Below, in pieces: positions 1 to 8,929 of a stretch of 30,326 nt of DNA. Numbering within the stretch: the first letter of the stretch is position 1; every line of letters begins with the position of its first letter. The position numbers and the translations under genes were made by a program. Below the pieces are notes generated by a model that saw nothing but the letters and a program-made list of their open reading frames with translations, ran no database searches and was not told the origin of the DNA. Source of the DNA: Thermoproteota archaeon (GTDB taxonomy: Archaea > Korarchaeota > Korarchaeia > Korarchaeales > Korarchaeaceae); assembly GCA_027491435.1 (NCBI GenBank), contig JAOZFG010000031.1, positions 1 through 30,326 on the forward strand, given 5' to 3'.

Positions 1-107
1 AAAAGCGATGATATCAACTCCTGGTAATGGATGTTATCTCTTTAGGCCCGTTCGACGCCGTAAAGTAATCTCGTTAAACAACTATATACGAGGATTTAGG
101 GGATAAA

Positions 108-156
108 ATGATCAGGTGCACCACTACTGAGTCATGAGGAAGGTTTAGGAGTCTAA
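108..156 (+). ncRNA. Candidate degenerate box C/D sRNA
   Basis: ATGATCA (C-like, 108-114), 12 nt, CTGA (D', 127-130), GTC, ATGAGGA (C', 134-140), 12 nt, CTAA (D-like, 153-156). TATA-like CTATATAC at 82-89. Both outer boxes have one mismatch and no terminal stem is evident. Confidence 0.35.
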
Positions 157-387
157 CCTGCCTTGAGATCCTATAGATAGAGCCCCCGAAAGTTTAGAGA
201 GTTTTTGTGAGGGGTTATCAGCTGATGGGATTTCTTACCAAAACCAGTAGGGGCTTTAGATAGGGTGGAGAACCTGCCCTAAACTAGCTTAAGTGGCATT
301 TTTCTAAAAATTTTTGGTTATAATAGCCCGGTTATATAAATAGTGTAGTTAGTTATATTAAGAAATTGTGTGAGGGGGTCTTTTCGC

Positions 388-1251
388 TCAGCCCCCTAGC
401 TCTCCAGATACGTACGCAACGTACCAGACGTTCTTAACGCCGTGTCCGTTAGTGTCTCCTCTAGACTTGTCATTAATCCAGTAGTAAAGTGGGTGTCCCT
501 TGTAGGATAACTGAATAGATCCATCTCCTCTCATTATGAACTTAAAGTCCTCTAATTTTAATGTGGAAGGCAATACCAGTTTATTAGGTGAGAATATCGG
601 CCACTTCATGGCGCATTCCCCGTAGCAGTTGCTCTTATCAGTCTCATCTTTCTTGAAGAAGTACAGGGTCATTCCCCTGTCATCTACTAGGTACTTTCCT
701 ATGTCTTCCTTCACGGCGATCATCACAGTATAATCTGACTTTGCAACGTACCAGACGTTCTTAACGCCATCTCCATTAATGTCTCCCGGCCCATTATCCT
801 TGAAGAAATAGTAGAGAGGCCATCCTTTATATGTGATCTGCTTCTTCCCATCATTCCTCTCAATGACTCCGAAGTCCTTGGGATCTAGCCCTGGGCCTGG
901 GTTCAGCTTTTCAACGTAGAATACAGGCCATTTCATTGCACAATCTCCATAACAGTGGCTTTTTCCGTCGTAATCCTTGGAGAAGAAGTAGAGAGTCACC
1001 CCCTTAGAATCTACTAGGTATAATCCGAATTTAGGGTTGTACGCTAGCTTCACGTTATATTCCTCTTTGACAGTCTGGGTCTTGATGGCTGTTTTAGTAA
1101 CCGTGGTCGCCACGGTACTCGTCACGGTATTTACTTTAGTAGTTGTGGTAGTCACGGTCCTGGTCCCGGAGACCCCATAACCTGCCGCCAACCCTATTAT
1201 AAGGACCACTAAAACCCATACCATGGTCTTAGATTTGACCAAAGATATCAC
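388..1251 (-). CDS. Secreted/membrane-anchored protein with tandem COG4315 (Lipoprotein_15, Y-X4-D repeat) domains
   Basis: N-terminal hydrophobic segment, Thr-rich linker, then two copies of YLVD..G.TLYFF.KD....S.CYG.CAMKWP...YKG.PLYY..D...GD.NG.GVKNVWYVA. Confidence 0.85.
   Translation of the reverse strand: MISLVKSKTMVWVLVVLIIGLAAGYGVSGTRTVTTTTTKVNTVTSTVATTVTKTAIKTQTVKEEYNVKLAYNPKFGLYLVDSKGVTLYFFSKDYDGKSHCYGDCAMKWPVFYVEKLNPGPGLDPKDFGVIERNDGKKQITYKGWPLYYFFKDNGPGDINGDGVKNVWYVAKSDYTVMIAVKEDIGKYLVDDRGMTLYFFKKDETDKSNCYGECAMKWPIFSPNKLVLPSTLKLEDFKFIMRGDGSIQLSYKGHPLYYWINDKSRGDTNGHGVKNVWYVAYVSGELGG
416..768. repeat. Intragenic exact 26-nt direct repeat (416-441 and 743-768)
   Basis: GCAACGTACCAGACGTTCTTAACGCC occurs twice and encodes GVKNVWYVA at the end of each domain. 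Confidence 0.9.
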
Positions 1252-1584
1252 CCTAATCTTTAATCATTCCCAATCTATTTATCCATATTTCAGATTATTC
1301 CAAGATTTGTGTACAATCTGTACAGGTGTTATCAGCTCAGGCCACCGATTATTACAATGGCAATTGGCTTCAGCTTCTTGTGAGGGAGATTATAAGCCGT
1401 TTCGTTGGCAGGCAGGCTAGTTCGCCTTTGTTAATTTGGCTTTAGGCTTTGATGTGAATTTTCAAAAGTTTTTAATTAAACTTTCTTATTATTGTGAGAA
1501 ATTGTGAGTTAGGAGTAGATATTCCAAAAATTTTGGTAGGTTGGCAGCTACCTACATATTGAAGGAGGTCCATTAAGGGAAGTC

Positions 1585-2529
1585 CTAGCCTCCCTCTTTG
1601 AGCTTTTCAGCCCAGAGCGGGTGCTCTTCTTCAGCCCTCTTTAGGGGCACCTTACCAGTGATAAAGGTAGTGTCCATAGGGAACACCTTTGGCCTGAAGT
1701 GCGTGTAAGCCATGTGAACCATTATCAGAAACGACACGGCCAACACGGCCTCTTTGGTATGCATAACGTAAAGCAGACCGTCCATGAACCCCCTTCCGTA
1801 AAGGAACATCAGGAGCCCAGGAATTCCAAGGACGGCCATTCCCCAGTAGATGCCCCAGTACTCGAAGAGCTGCTCCGGATCGTACTTCCCGTACTTCTCA
1901 GGCTTCACTTTGGATGAGACGCTCCTCAACAGGTCTTTTACGAAGCCCCTCAGGAACCTCATGCTGTAGAAGTCCAGCATGGGGAACCTCTCCCTGAGGC
2001 TTTCCCCCTTGGCTTTAGCTAGCGCTGCCTCAGTTAAGTATTGGAAGAAGTGTATTATCACCAGGACGCCCATTGTCAAGCCTGAGATCACGTGTAAAGT
2101 TATGGCGTCTGCCCTACTAGAGAACATCCTCGCCTGTAAACCTAAACCAGTGAAGGCACATATCACGAAGGTTATTATCATCCAGATGTGCTGTACCCTC
2201 TGCCAGACCGTGAACCTCTCTACGTACACTTCCTCCTTGTGCCTCCTCCACTTCCCTACCTCAGAAGCCTCCAAGGCGAAGTGGCCCAGAACCCACCACG
2301 TGCCTACTATGGCCACGAGCACTACTAGGACGTCGAAGGCCACGGCTAGGAAGTCCCTCCACCAGGCGGTGCTGCCCAAGTTGATGGATGCAAGCAACTT
2401 GCCCAGCTTGTCCAGCCCTCCAGCCATCAATAGCCTCAAAGAGTACTCATAAACGAAGGCCCATCCTATTCCCAAGGTTATGGCCGTGGCTACTAGGCTG
2501 GCTATGAGCCTAGGGGTCCACTTAGTCAC
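1585..2529 (-). CDS. Membrane cytochrome b subunit (FdnI / Ni-hydrogenase cytochrome b-like) with extra N-terminal TM helices
   Basis: ERFTVWQRVQH, TLHVISG, IIHF, GKYDPEQ, VMHTKE and MVHMAY carry likely heme-ligand His residues; FdnI-like tail ITGKVP..AEEEHPLW. Likely start GTG 2529 overlaps the upstream gene's end (ORF track start 2577). Confidence 0.8.
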   Translation of the reverse strand: MTKWTPRLIASLVATAITLGIGWAFVYEYSLRLLMAGGLDKLGKLLASINLGSTAWWRDFLAVAFDVLVVLVAIVGTWWVLGHFALEASEVGKWRRHKEEVYVERFTVWQRVQHIWMIITFVICAFTGLGLQARMFSSRADAITLHVISGLTMGVLVIIHFFQYLTEAALAKAKGESLRERFPMLDFYSMRFLRGFVKDLLRSVSSKVKPEKYGKYDPEQLFEYWGIYWGMAVLGIPGLLMFLYGRGFMDGLLYVMHTKEAVLAVSFLIMVHMAYTHFRPKVFPMDTTFITGKVPLKRAEEEHPLWAEKLKEGG

Positions 2530-3526
2530 TCTTGCTGCCCCCCTTCTTAGAATAAGCCCATAGCCCTGCCACCACACCCGTTACAGCGGCTGCAGCTCCC
2601 CCGGCCAATGTCACGTTAGTTAGCTCGTTGGGTTTAGTTTCACTCGCCTTAAGCCTTATGACGCTGTCCAAGTGAGGCCTCATATCCTGGTGGCATGACT
2701 CGCACTGCATGAAGCCCCTGGTGAACTGGCCCATCTCGTAATTCTTGCCCTTGTAGTGACAGGTCCTGCAATCGGCAGTGGTCTGCGAAAGAGTGAGTTT
2801 GCCGACGGTGTCGAGCTCTCCCCTGAGATCAGCGTTTAACAGCTCAACTGCCTTGGCCGCCACGTCTCCAGTAAGCCTCGCGCACCTCTCGGATCTCTCG
2901 GGAGAGCCGCTGGCGTATCCTGAGATCTCACACCACTTGCCAACGGATACGTGACATAGTACGGAGTGGCTCACGTTCCTGGGCAATACCTTGTCGCTCT
3001 TGTACTTCTTCACCAAGAACTGGTGCTTTGACGCAAGCTCGTTGCTCTTCTCGCTTGGGAACGGGAAGACCTCGTACCACCTGTAGAGCATCTTACCTAT
3101 CTTATCCCAGTTCTTCGTAACCATGACTATGGCGTTGCTAGACCCGTTCAAAGCCCCACAGAGGGATCCCCACCCGAAGGCCCCGCCATAACCGAATTGC
3201 ATCATCCCTTGTATGTGCTCGTGTTCCTCTACAGCCTTCTGCACCTCCTCAACCGAGGGAAGTGGGAGTAGAGTGTAGGGGTATCCTACTTTCTCCTTCA
3301 AAGCTGTCATTATGGCCCAGAATGAGCCACCACCACACTCCAGCGCGTAATAGCCGAGGTGGCCCAGCTTCCTAACGTACTCCGGATCGAGCTCCTCGTA
3401 AGGCCAAGGCAGGTGAGGCACCTCTTCTGCGGCTAACACCTTTATCGGCTTACCTAGGGAGGCCCCCAGAAGCCCTCCTAGAGTTAGGAGGGTAGCATTC
3501 TTAAGGAACTCCCTTCTCGTGATCAA
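2522..3526 (-). CDS. Tat-exported split-Soret cytochrome c-like protein (C_GCAxxG_C_C family), diheme, with C-terminal membrane anchor
   Basis: Twin-arginine TRREFLK; Cys pattern EC..G, LCGALNG, LCHVSV..WC, ERCARLT; two CxxCH motifs (CRTCH, CESCH); hydrophobic C-terminus followed by KKGG. Confidence 0.82.
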   Translation of the reverse strand: MITRREFLKNATLLTLGGLLGASLGKPIKVLAAEEVPHLPWPYEELDPEYVRKLGHLGYYALECGGGSFWAIMTALKEKVGYPYTLLPLPSVEEVQKAVEEHEHIQGMMQFGYGGAFGWGSLCGALNGSSNAIVMVTKNWDKIGKMLYRWYEVFPFPSEKSNELASKHQFLVKKYKSDKVLPRNVSHSVLCHVSVGKWCEISGYASGSPERSERCARLTGDVAAKAVELLNADLRGELDTVGKLTLSQTTADCRTCHYKGKNYEMGQFTRGFMQCESCHQDMRPHLDSVIRLKASETKPNELTNVTLAGGAAAAVTGVVAGLWAYSKKGGSKSD

Positions 3527-3767
3527 CTTATCACCTGAGCCAAAAGTATGAACAAATTTATAATAAATATTACCTTTAATTGTTTAATTATAAGTATAGT
3601 TTTACGTATATTCGTTTTTTTATTAATATATTAACGAGTGATCATGTATTAATTTTTAATTGTGATTGTTGTGCAGATGTGATGGTAATACTGTGAAATC
3701 AAAAATACATGCGCATTCTCATGTATACATTTATATAAGACAAAGGCTCCCTCCTCTGGAGGTGCCT
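3527..3767. promoter_or_regulatory. AT-rich divergent promoter region
   Basis: Very AT-rich. TTATATAA at 3731-3738 and SD GGAGGTG at 3758-3764 precede ATG 3768. TATA-like TTTATAA near 3557-3563 could serve the minus-strand cytochrome gene. Confidence 0.6.
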
Positions 3768-4010
3768 ATGGAGACCCTCTCCCTGAGAGTCGATAAGGAA
3801 ATCATGAGGGTTATCGAAGAACTCATCTCCTTAGAGTTAGCCAGGAATAAGAGCGATGCCGCTAACCTGCTGATGAGGATGGGCCTCAAGGAGGTAAGGG
3901 AGCTAATAAATAGAAGAAGAAGGGTCATAAAGCTCGTTGAGAAGTACAAGACGGAGGGAGTCCCTTACAAGCTCCCCACACTGAAAGATCTAATGAGGGA
4001 TAGGGAATGA
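3768..4010 (+). CDS. vapB: Ribbon-helix-helix antitoxin (VapB-type)
   Basis: METLSLRVDKE...NKSDAANLL RHH pattern; SD-supported ATG 3768; ATGA overlap with the PIN gene. Confidence 0.8.
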   Translation: METLSLRVDKEIMRVIEELISLELARNKSDAANLLMRMGLKEVRELINRRRRVIKLVEKYKTEGVPYKLPTLKDLMRDRE

Positions 4011-4414
4011 GGTACTTGGACACCAGCGTGCTTATTTCAGCCGCCAATGACGAGGACCCCAATCACGACAGGGCTGTCAGGCTCTTGAGCGGGGATGCCG
4101 TTATATCCGAATTGGTAAAGGCTGAGCTTTACAGCGTCATGTCCAGGAACGTGAGGGTTTCAGGCGAGAAACTAGATGCGCTAGTCGAGTACGTAATCGA
4201 TATTAGCGGGGCTGAAGTCGTGGAGATAAGGTGGGAGGATGCTTTTAGGAGGCTTTACTTGCTGGCCGGCGAACTCAGGCTTAAAACCCTGGACTTACTG
4301 CACATTTCCGCTGCCTCAATCATGAGGGCTAGGGAATTTGCCACTCTCGATAAAGAGATAGTTGGGAGGGGGGATAGAGTAGAGGAGCTCACCGGAATAG
4401 TCGTGATATCTTGA
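4007..4414 (+). CDS. vapC: PIN-domain toxin (VapC)
   Basis: YLDTSVL, AEL, TLDLLH, FATLD acidic PIN residues. Confidence 0.9.
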   Translation: MRYLDTSVLISAANDEDPNHDRAVRLLSGDAVISELVKAELYSVMSRNVRVSGEKLDALVEYVIDISGAEVVEIRWEDAFRRLYLLAGELRLKTLDLLHISAASIMRAREFATLDKEIVGRGDRVEELTGIVVIS

Positions 4415-4785
4415 TGAGCAACCTTATAACGTTGGAATCATGCCCTCTTCTCGTTTAGAAAGCTCGTGCTTTGACAAACGTTTGAGAGATAAAAGCGATC
4501 AAATGAAGGTTGCGACACCGTCGTCAAAGGTTTACTCCTTATCCCCCGCTCCAATAGGCTTCTTGCGCTTGCCACCTCGTGTAGCTGTCCGTCCACAGAG
4601 AGAAATGTTCAGCCTTCAAGCACCTTAAGTCTGCTGATAAGCTCTCCTAGACGGTAATTCCAGATCTTGCAGGGGGATTCCTAGTTCCACCGTGGTTCTC
4701 AGCGATTTTAAAAAGGTGATGTGAACTGTCTAAGCGTCACACCACCAATTTTTAAGGTGGAGGGGGTTCACCTGGCAGGGTATCC

Positions 4786-5658
4786 TTGAGGCTAGCCAGA
4801 TTTTACCATGAGGAGTACGGGACTTCATACGGGGTAATAGTTGATGAAGAGATAATCCCCAAGCCTGAGCTTGAGAGGAGGCTGGGAAGGAAGCTTCCAG
4901 CTACTGTGGAGGAGTTAATCCCCACGGGAATAATCTCAGAGCTCAAGGGGCTAACTGGCCCTGCCTATGGACTTAAGCTCGAGGAGGTAAAGCTCTTGAA
5001 ACCTCTGACCAGCCCTCCCAAGATCATATGCTTAGGTAAGAACTACGTGGAGCACGCGGCTGAGACGGGCTTTGAACCTCCCAAAGAGCCGATAATATTC
5101 ATGAAAGCCAGGACCTCTCTAAACGGACCCTACGACGACGTTATAGTTCCGGACGACTACGTTAAGGAGGTGGACTATGAAGGAGAGATAGCCTTCGTTA
5201 TGGCCAGGGGAGGGCGGAGGATCTCATCTAGGGAGGCTAAAGATTACGTGTTAGGCTTCATGGCGTTTAACGACGTAACTGCCAGGGACCTCCAGAGGAG
5301 GGACGGTCAGTGGGTCAGGGGGAAGAGCATAGACGGCTTCGCCCCCATAGGACCTTGGATTGACCTAACAGCAAACTTCGAGGAGCTGGGCGTCACCACC
5401 CTGGTGAACGGGGAGAGGAGACAGCACGCCCCCTCTAAGGACATGATATTCACTCCCTGGGATATAGTGGAGGTACTGAGCAAGGGGATGACCCTGGAGC
5501 CGGGAGACGTAATAGCTACGGGGACTCCCGGAGGAGTAGGAGCCTTCTCAAACCCCAAAAAGCTGTTAAAGCACGGGGACGTTGTGGAGGTGGAAGTCTG
5601 GGGGGTTTGGAGTATAAGGAACAGGATAGTCTTTGAGAGCTTAAAGGACTCTGGCTAG
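4786..5658 (+). CDS. Fumarylacetoacetate hydrolase family protein
   Basis: KIICLGKNYVEHAAE, VDYEGE, NDVTARDLQ, GKSIDGFAPIGP, LEPGDVIATGTPGGVG. Confidence 0.93.
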   Translation: MRLARFYHEEYGTSYGVIVDEEIIPKPELERRLGRKLPATVEELIPTGIISELKGLTGPAYGLKLEEVKLLKPLTSPPKIICLGKNYVEHAAETGFEPPKEPIIFMKARTSLNGPYDDVIVPDDYVKEVDYEGEIAFVMARGGRRISSREAKDYVLGFMAFNDVTARDLQRRDGQWVRGKSIDGFAPIGPWIDLTANFEELGVTTLVNGERRQHAPSKDMIFTPWDIVEVLSKGMTLEPGDVIATGTPGGVGAFSNPKKLLKHGDVVEVEVWGVWSIRNRIVFESLKDSG

Positions 5659-6417
5659 AGGTGGGAGTTCTTTCAAAGTCAGGACTATGGCGTCGGGGAC
5701 CTTGACCTCTATTATCCCGTTCATTATGTCCCTGCTCATTTTCTTCATTAACATGCTCCTCTTCATGGCAACTAGGGGCCTTTCAAGGGGATCCCAACCT
5801 GAGAGGTCCTCCCATTCCCTAGCTACGAGGACGGCCTTTATTCCAGCTGATTTAGCCCCGAATATGTCATGACTTAGGGAGTCACCTACGTGGAAGGCCT
5901 CATCGCACTCACACTCCTTCATGGCCTTGTGGAAGGCTTCGGGCCTGACCTTGAGGATTCCCAGCCTGTCTGTCGTTATCACGTCGTCAAACTCCTTTGT
6001 GATCCCCAGTCTCTCCATCAGGACTAGCTGGTACTTGGAGAGTCCTCCCGTCATCACGCAAACCCTTCTGTTCTTCCTCAGCTCCCTTATGGCGGGGATC
6101 GCATCCTCGTAGGGCTTGGTCCTCCCGTCTTCTACCGATTTAAGCAGTAAGGCGAGGGGGTCCACCCTATCCTCAACCCCGAAGGAGGAGAGGGCCTCGT
6201 TTATCACGAAGTCCCAGTCGAAGGCCTTAACGTAGTTTCCGGCTAGTATCTGATCCTTTATTATTTCCCTGACCCTTCTCCTAAACAGGAGGTAAGCCTC
6301 GCTCTCATCCCTGGCCGCTCCCTTCTTAACTAAGAGCTTTGACGGAACCCCTATGAGGTACCTTCCGTAGTCCGTTCTTATCACGGTGCCGTCTAAGTCG
6401 AGGAAGGCACACCTCAT
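5641..6417 (-). CDS. HAD-superfamily hydrolase
   Basis: DLDGT (motif I), MT (motif II), K..P (motif III), GDSLSHD (motif IV). Likely start ATG 6417 (ORF track 6471). Confidence 0.88.
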   Translation of the reverse strand: MRCAFLDLDGTVIRTDYGRYLIGVPSKLLVKKGAARDESEAYLLFRRRVREIIKDQILAGNYVKAFDWDFVINEALSSFGVEDRVDPLALLLKSVEDGRTKPYEDAIPAIRELRKNRRVCVMTGGLSKYQLVLMERLGITKEFDDVITTDRLGILKVRPEAFHKAMKECECDEAFHVGDSLSHDIFGAKSAGIKAVLVAREWEDLSGWDPLERPLVAMKRSMLMKKMSRDIMNGIIEVKVPDAIVLTLKELPPLARVL

Positions 6418-6470
6418 GTCACCGGTAATTGGGCGGGCAACATTATAAGCTCTAGCCATCGACACCCTCA

Positions 6471-8714
6471 ATGAGGCCCTTAGTTTTGATCTTGGTAGCC
6501 CTTATCCTCACCCCTATTCCGCATTTAAGCGCTGCAAACGACTGGTGGAACCCATCCTGGAGGTTCAGAGTCTCAGTGACCGTAGATAGTCCGGGGAATT
6601 ACTGGTTCTACCTGAAAGACCTGGAGAAAAGGCTCTACCTAAACGATACAGTTGATCCGACCACGTTCAGGATGATCTCCCCGTCCGGTAGGCAGGTGGA
6701 CATAGGGCTGGAGTACGCCAGGGAGATGAAGCTTAGGGGATGGGAGGGGAACGAAGCTGTTTACGAAGCCAAGGGCGAGCTCACCTTCATGACCTTCGGG
6801 CCAGACTCCTGGGTCGGGACGACAGTTAGGGGATCAGACCTGATCAACTTCCGGGGATTGATAGTTAGGGGAAGCGGCTCCTTCACCGTTGAAGTTAAGG
6901 ACGTCGTATTCCCCAATTACCTGGGAAGCAGCACGATAAACTCATCCAAGGTTAAAGCCATATACATCCCGTTGAAGGCTGCCGATGAGGTGAGAAGTTA
7001 CAGGATCCAGTTCAGGGGCAGAGGAAGGGTGAGGGACGTCTGGTTGGTTGGAGGCCCCCTCAAGGTAGGCTTTAGGGCTGGGGAGGCGGGGATCTATCGC
7101 CTTTACTTTGATACAGCCGGAGAGGACCTCTTCTGGCCTCTGATCAAGGTTAAGGGGACCGAACTTAAGGTGTCAGAGCCGGAGGGCTTTCACATAATCC
7201 CGGAGATGGGCAGGCACTTTGAAGACGAGGCAGAGCTTAAGGTTAAGGTGCTAGGCAACCTAACCCCGGTAAAGGTGTTTTACAGGATAGACTACGGGGA
7301 AGAGAAGCTCATGAGCCCGCTTGAAGGTTACTGGGTGGCTAGGATAGATGTCAAGCGTGAAGCATGGGACGGAAGGCACATCATTAGGTTCAGGGCTGTG
7401 GAGGAAGGCGGTAGGGATGTGAGCGCTTCCTTGGTCGTCAGGTTCATGGCCTACGTTAACGGCACTTCCGTAGACCCTGAAAGGGATTCATTTAGGTTTG
7501 TGGTGTTCGGGGACAATAGGCCTTCAGGAGGAGTTGAACAACCAGATATCTTCAAACAGCTGCTGGAACATGCCCTCTCCCAGAATCCGGATATGGTATT
7601 CGACACGGGAGATGTGGTTTACAGCGGTGAGTGGGAGGAGTATCAGGAGCTCGTTAAGGTCATCTCTAAGGTCGAGAGGCCCTTCTTCATAGCCAAGGGC
7701 AACCACGAAGTTCACATCGGTAAGGAGGGTTACGGGAACTTCAGGGAGTTCTTCGGCAAGGATTACTACTCGTTTAACTTCGGTAACAGCCACTTCATAA
7801 TACTGGATGCCAACCAGCTCGGTTATAAGTACAGGATGCCGCCTGAAGAGGTGGAGTGGCTTGAGAAGGACCTTGGTGAAGTGAACGCCGAGCACATCTT
7901 CGTTTTCATACATCAGCCCATATACAAGTACGCGCACGGGCTGGAGGATCCAGAGCTGGAAAAACGCCTTAAATCCTTAATGGAGAGGGCTAACGTCGAC
8001 TGTGTGTTTCAGGGACATGAACACATGCTCTACAGCGGCGAGGAGAACGGGGTTAGGTTCTTCATAACTGGGGGCGCTGGGGCCGAGCTTGACGGCCAGT
8101 ATCCGAATGAGACGCTCGCCTTCCACTACGTTGTAGTTGACGTGAAGGGGGAGAAGGTCTCCTACAGGGTTGTCAGGCCTCCAGTCCTGGAGGTGTTCTC
8201 AGACGAGTACAGCGACAGAGAGCTTTATGAGGTCATGGGCAGGACGCAGCCCTACGCCAAGGTGAGGGTGAACGGACACGAAGTTCAGGTGACTAGAACT
8301 GGCACCTTCACCGACACGGTCAGGTTATCGCCAGGGACAAACGAAATAGCGGTGGAGGCTAGAATGAATGGAACCGTCCTGAAAAAAGTTGTGAAAGTCA
8401 GGTACACGCCCAGAGTCAAGGCCAGCCTAGATAAGGGGAGCTATTCACCTGGGGAGCCCGTGACGGTCAAGCTGTCCTGCGGCAACTCGGGGCGAGGGGT
8501 GGTCAGGGTGGGTAACCTGACCTTAGCCACTGACAACGGAACCGTCGTGTTCAGGGCCCCTGACAAGGGGGTACCGATAATGGTTGCTAGCGAAAACTGT
8601 AAGCCAGTCTACTTAGAGCTTAAGATTTCACAAGGGCCGCCGGTTTACCTGATAGCCGTGTCTGCGATTGCTTTGGCGCTAGCCCTTATAGCGATACGAA
8701 AGAAGGGTAAATAA
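6471..8714 (+). CDS. Secreted, C-terminally anchored calcineurin-like (purple-acid-phosphatase-like) metallophosphoesterase with beta-rich accessory domains
   Basis: Signal peptide; WWNPSWRFR motif; GDNR, GDVVY, GNHE, VFIH, GHEH; Ig-like LSPGTNEIAVEA; C-terminal TM plus RKKGK. Confidence 0.85.
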   Translation: MRPLVLILVALILTPIPHLSAANDWWNPSWRFRVSVTVDSPGNYWFYLKDLEKRLYLNDTVDPTTFRMISPSGRQVDIGLEYAREMKLRGWEGNEAVYEAKGELTFMTFGPDSWVGTTVRGSDLINFRGLIVRGSGSFTVEVKDVVFPNYLGSSTINSSKVKAIYIPLKAADEVRSYRIQFRGRGRVRDVWLVGGPLKVGFRAGEAGIYRLYFDTAGEDLFWPLIKVKGTELKVSEPEGFHIIPEMGRHFEDEAELKVKVLGNLTPVKVFYRIDYGEEKLMSPLEGYWVARIDVKREAWDGRHIIRFRAVEEGGRDVSASLVVRFMAYVNGTSVDPERDSFRFVVFGDNRPSGGVEQPDIFKQLLEHALSQNPDMVFDTGDVVYSGEWEEYQELVKVISKVERPFFIAKGNHEVHIGKEGYGNFREFFGKDYYSFNFGNSHFIILDANQLGYKYRMPPEEVEWLEKDLGEVNAEHIFVFIHQPIYKYAHGLEDPELEKRLKSLMERANVDCVFQGHEHMLYSGEENGVRFFITGGAGAELDGQYPNETLAFHYVVVDVKGEKVSYRVVRPPVLEVFSDEYSDRELYEVMGRTQPYAKVRVNGHEVQVTRTGTFTDTVRLSPGTNEIAVEARMNGTVLKKVVKVRYTPRVKASLDKGSYSPGEPVTVKLSCGNSGRGVVRVGNLTLATDNGTVVFRAPDKGVPIMVASENCKPVYLELKISQGPPVYLIAVSAIALALALIAIRKKGK

Positions 8715-8734
8715 GCCCCTCCCCCCCTTATATT

Positions 8735-8794
8735 GGGACGATGATGAGAGCTCCACAGGTTGATGGGTGAGGAGTCTCTCCGCTCCTGAGTCCC
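8735..8794 (+). ncRNA. Box C/D methylation-guide sRNA
   Basis: Terminal stem GGGAC/GTCCC; C ATGATGA 8741-8747; 12-nt guide; D' TTGA 8760-8763; C' GTGAGGA 8767-8773; 12-nt guide; D CTGA 8786-8789. Confidence 0.88.
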
Positions 8795-8929
8795 CGACTT
8801 TATAGCTACCTTGCACACTGCTCACGTCCGGCCAACTCCTCCTCCAGGTAGCCTTTCTCACCAGCCGGAGGCGCTACCAGTTGATGGGAAGGACTCACGG
8901 GTGTTAGCGTTTTTAAAAAAAGGTGTAGG

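Noticed and set aside
4415-4740. Possible minus-strand pseudogene (LGELISRLKVLEG*TFLSVDG...) and ORF 4440-4628
   Set aside because: No family recognised; not supportable without a search.
8840-8880. Moco-riboswitch-like GCCTCC..GAAAGG on the minus strand
   Set aside because: Only a short resemblance, located downstream of livF with no gene to regulate.
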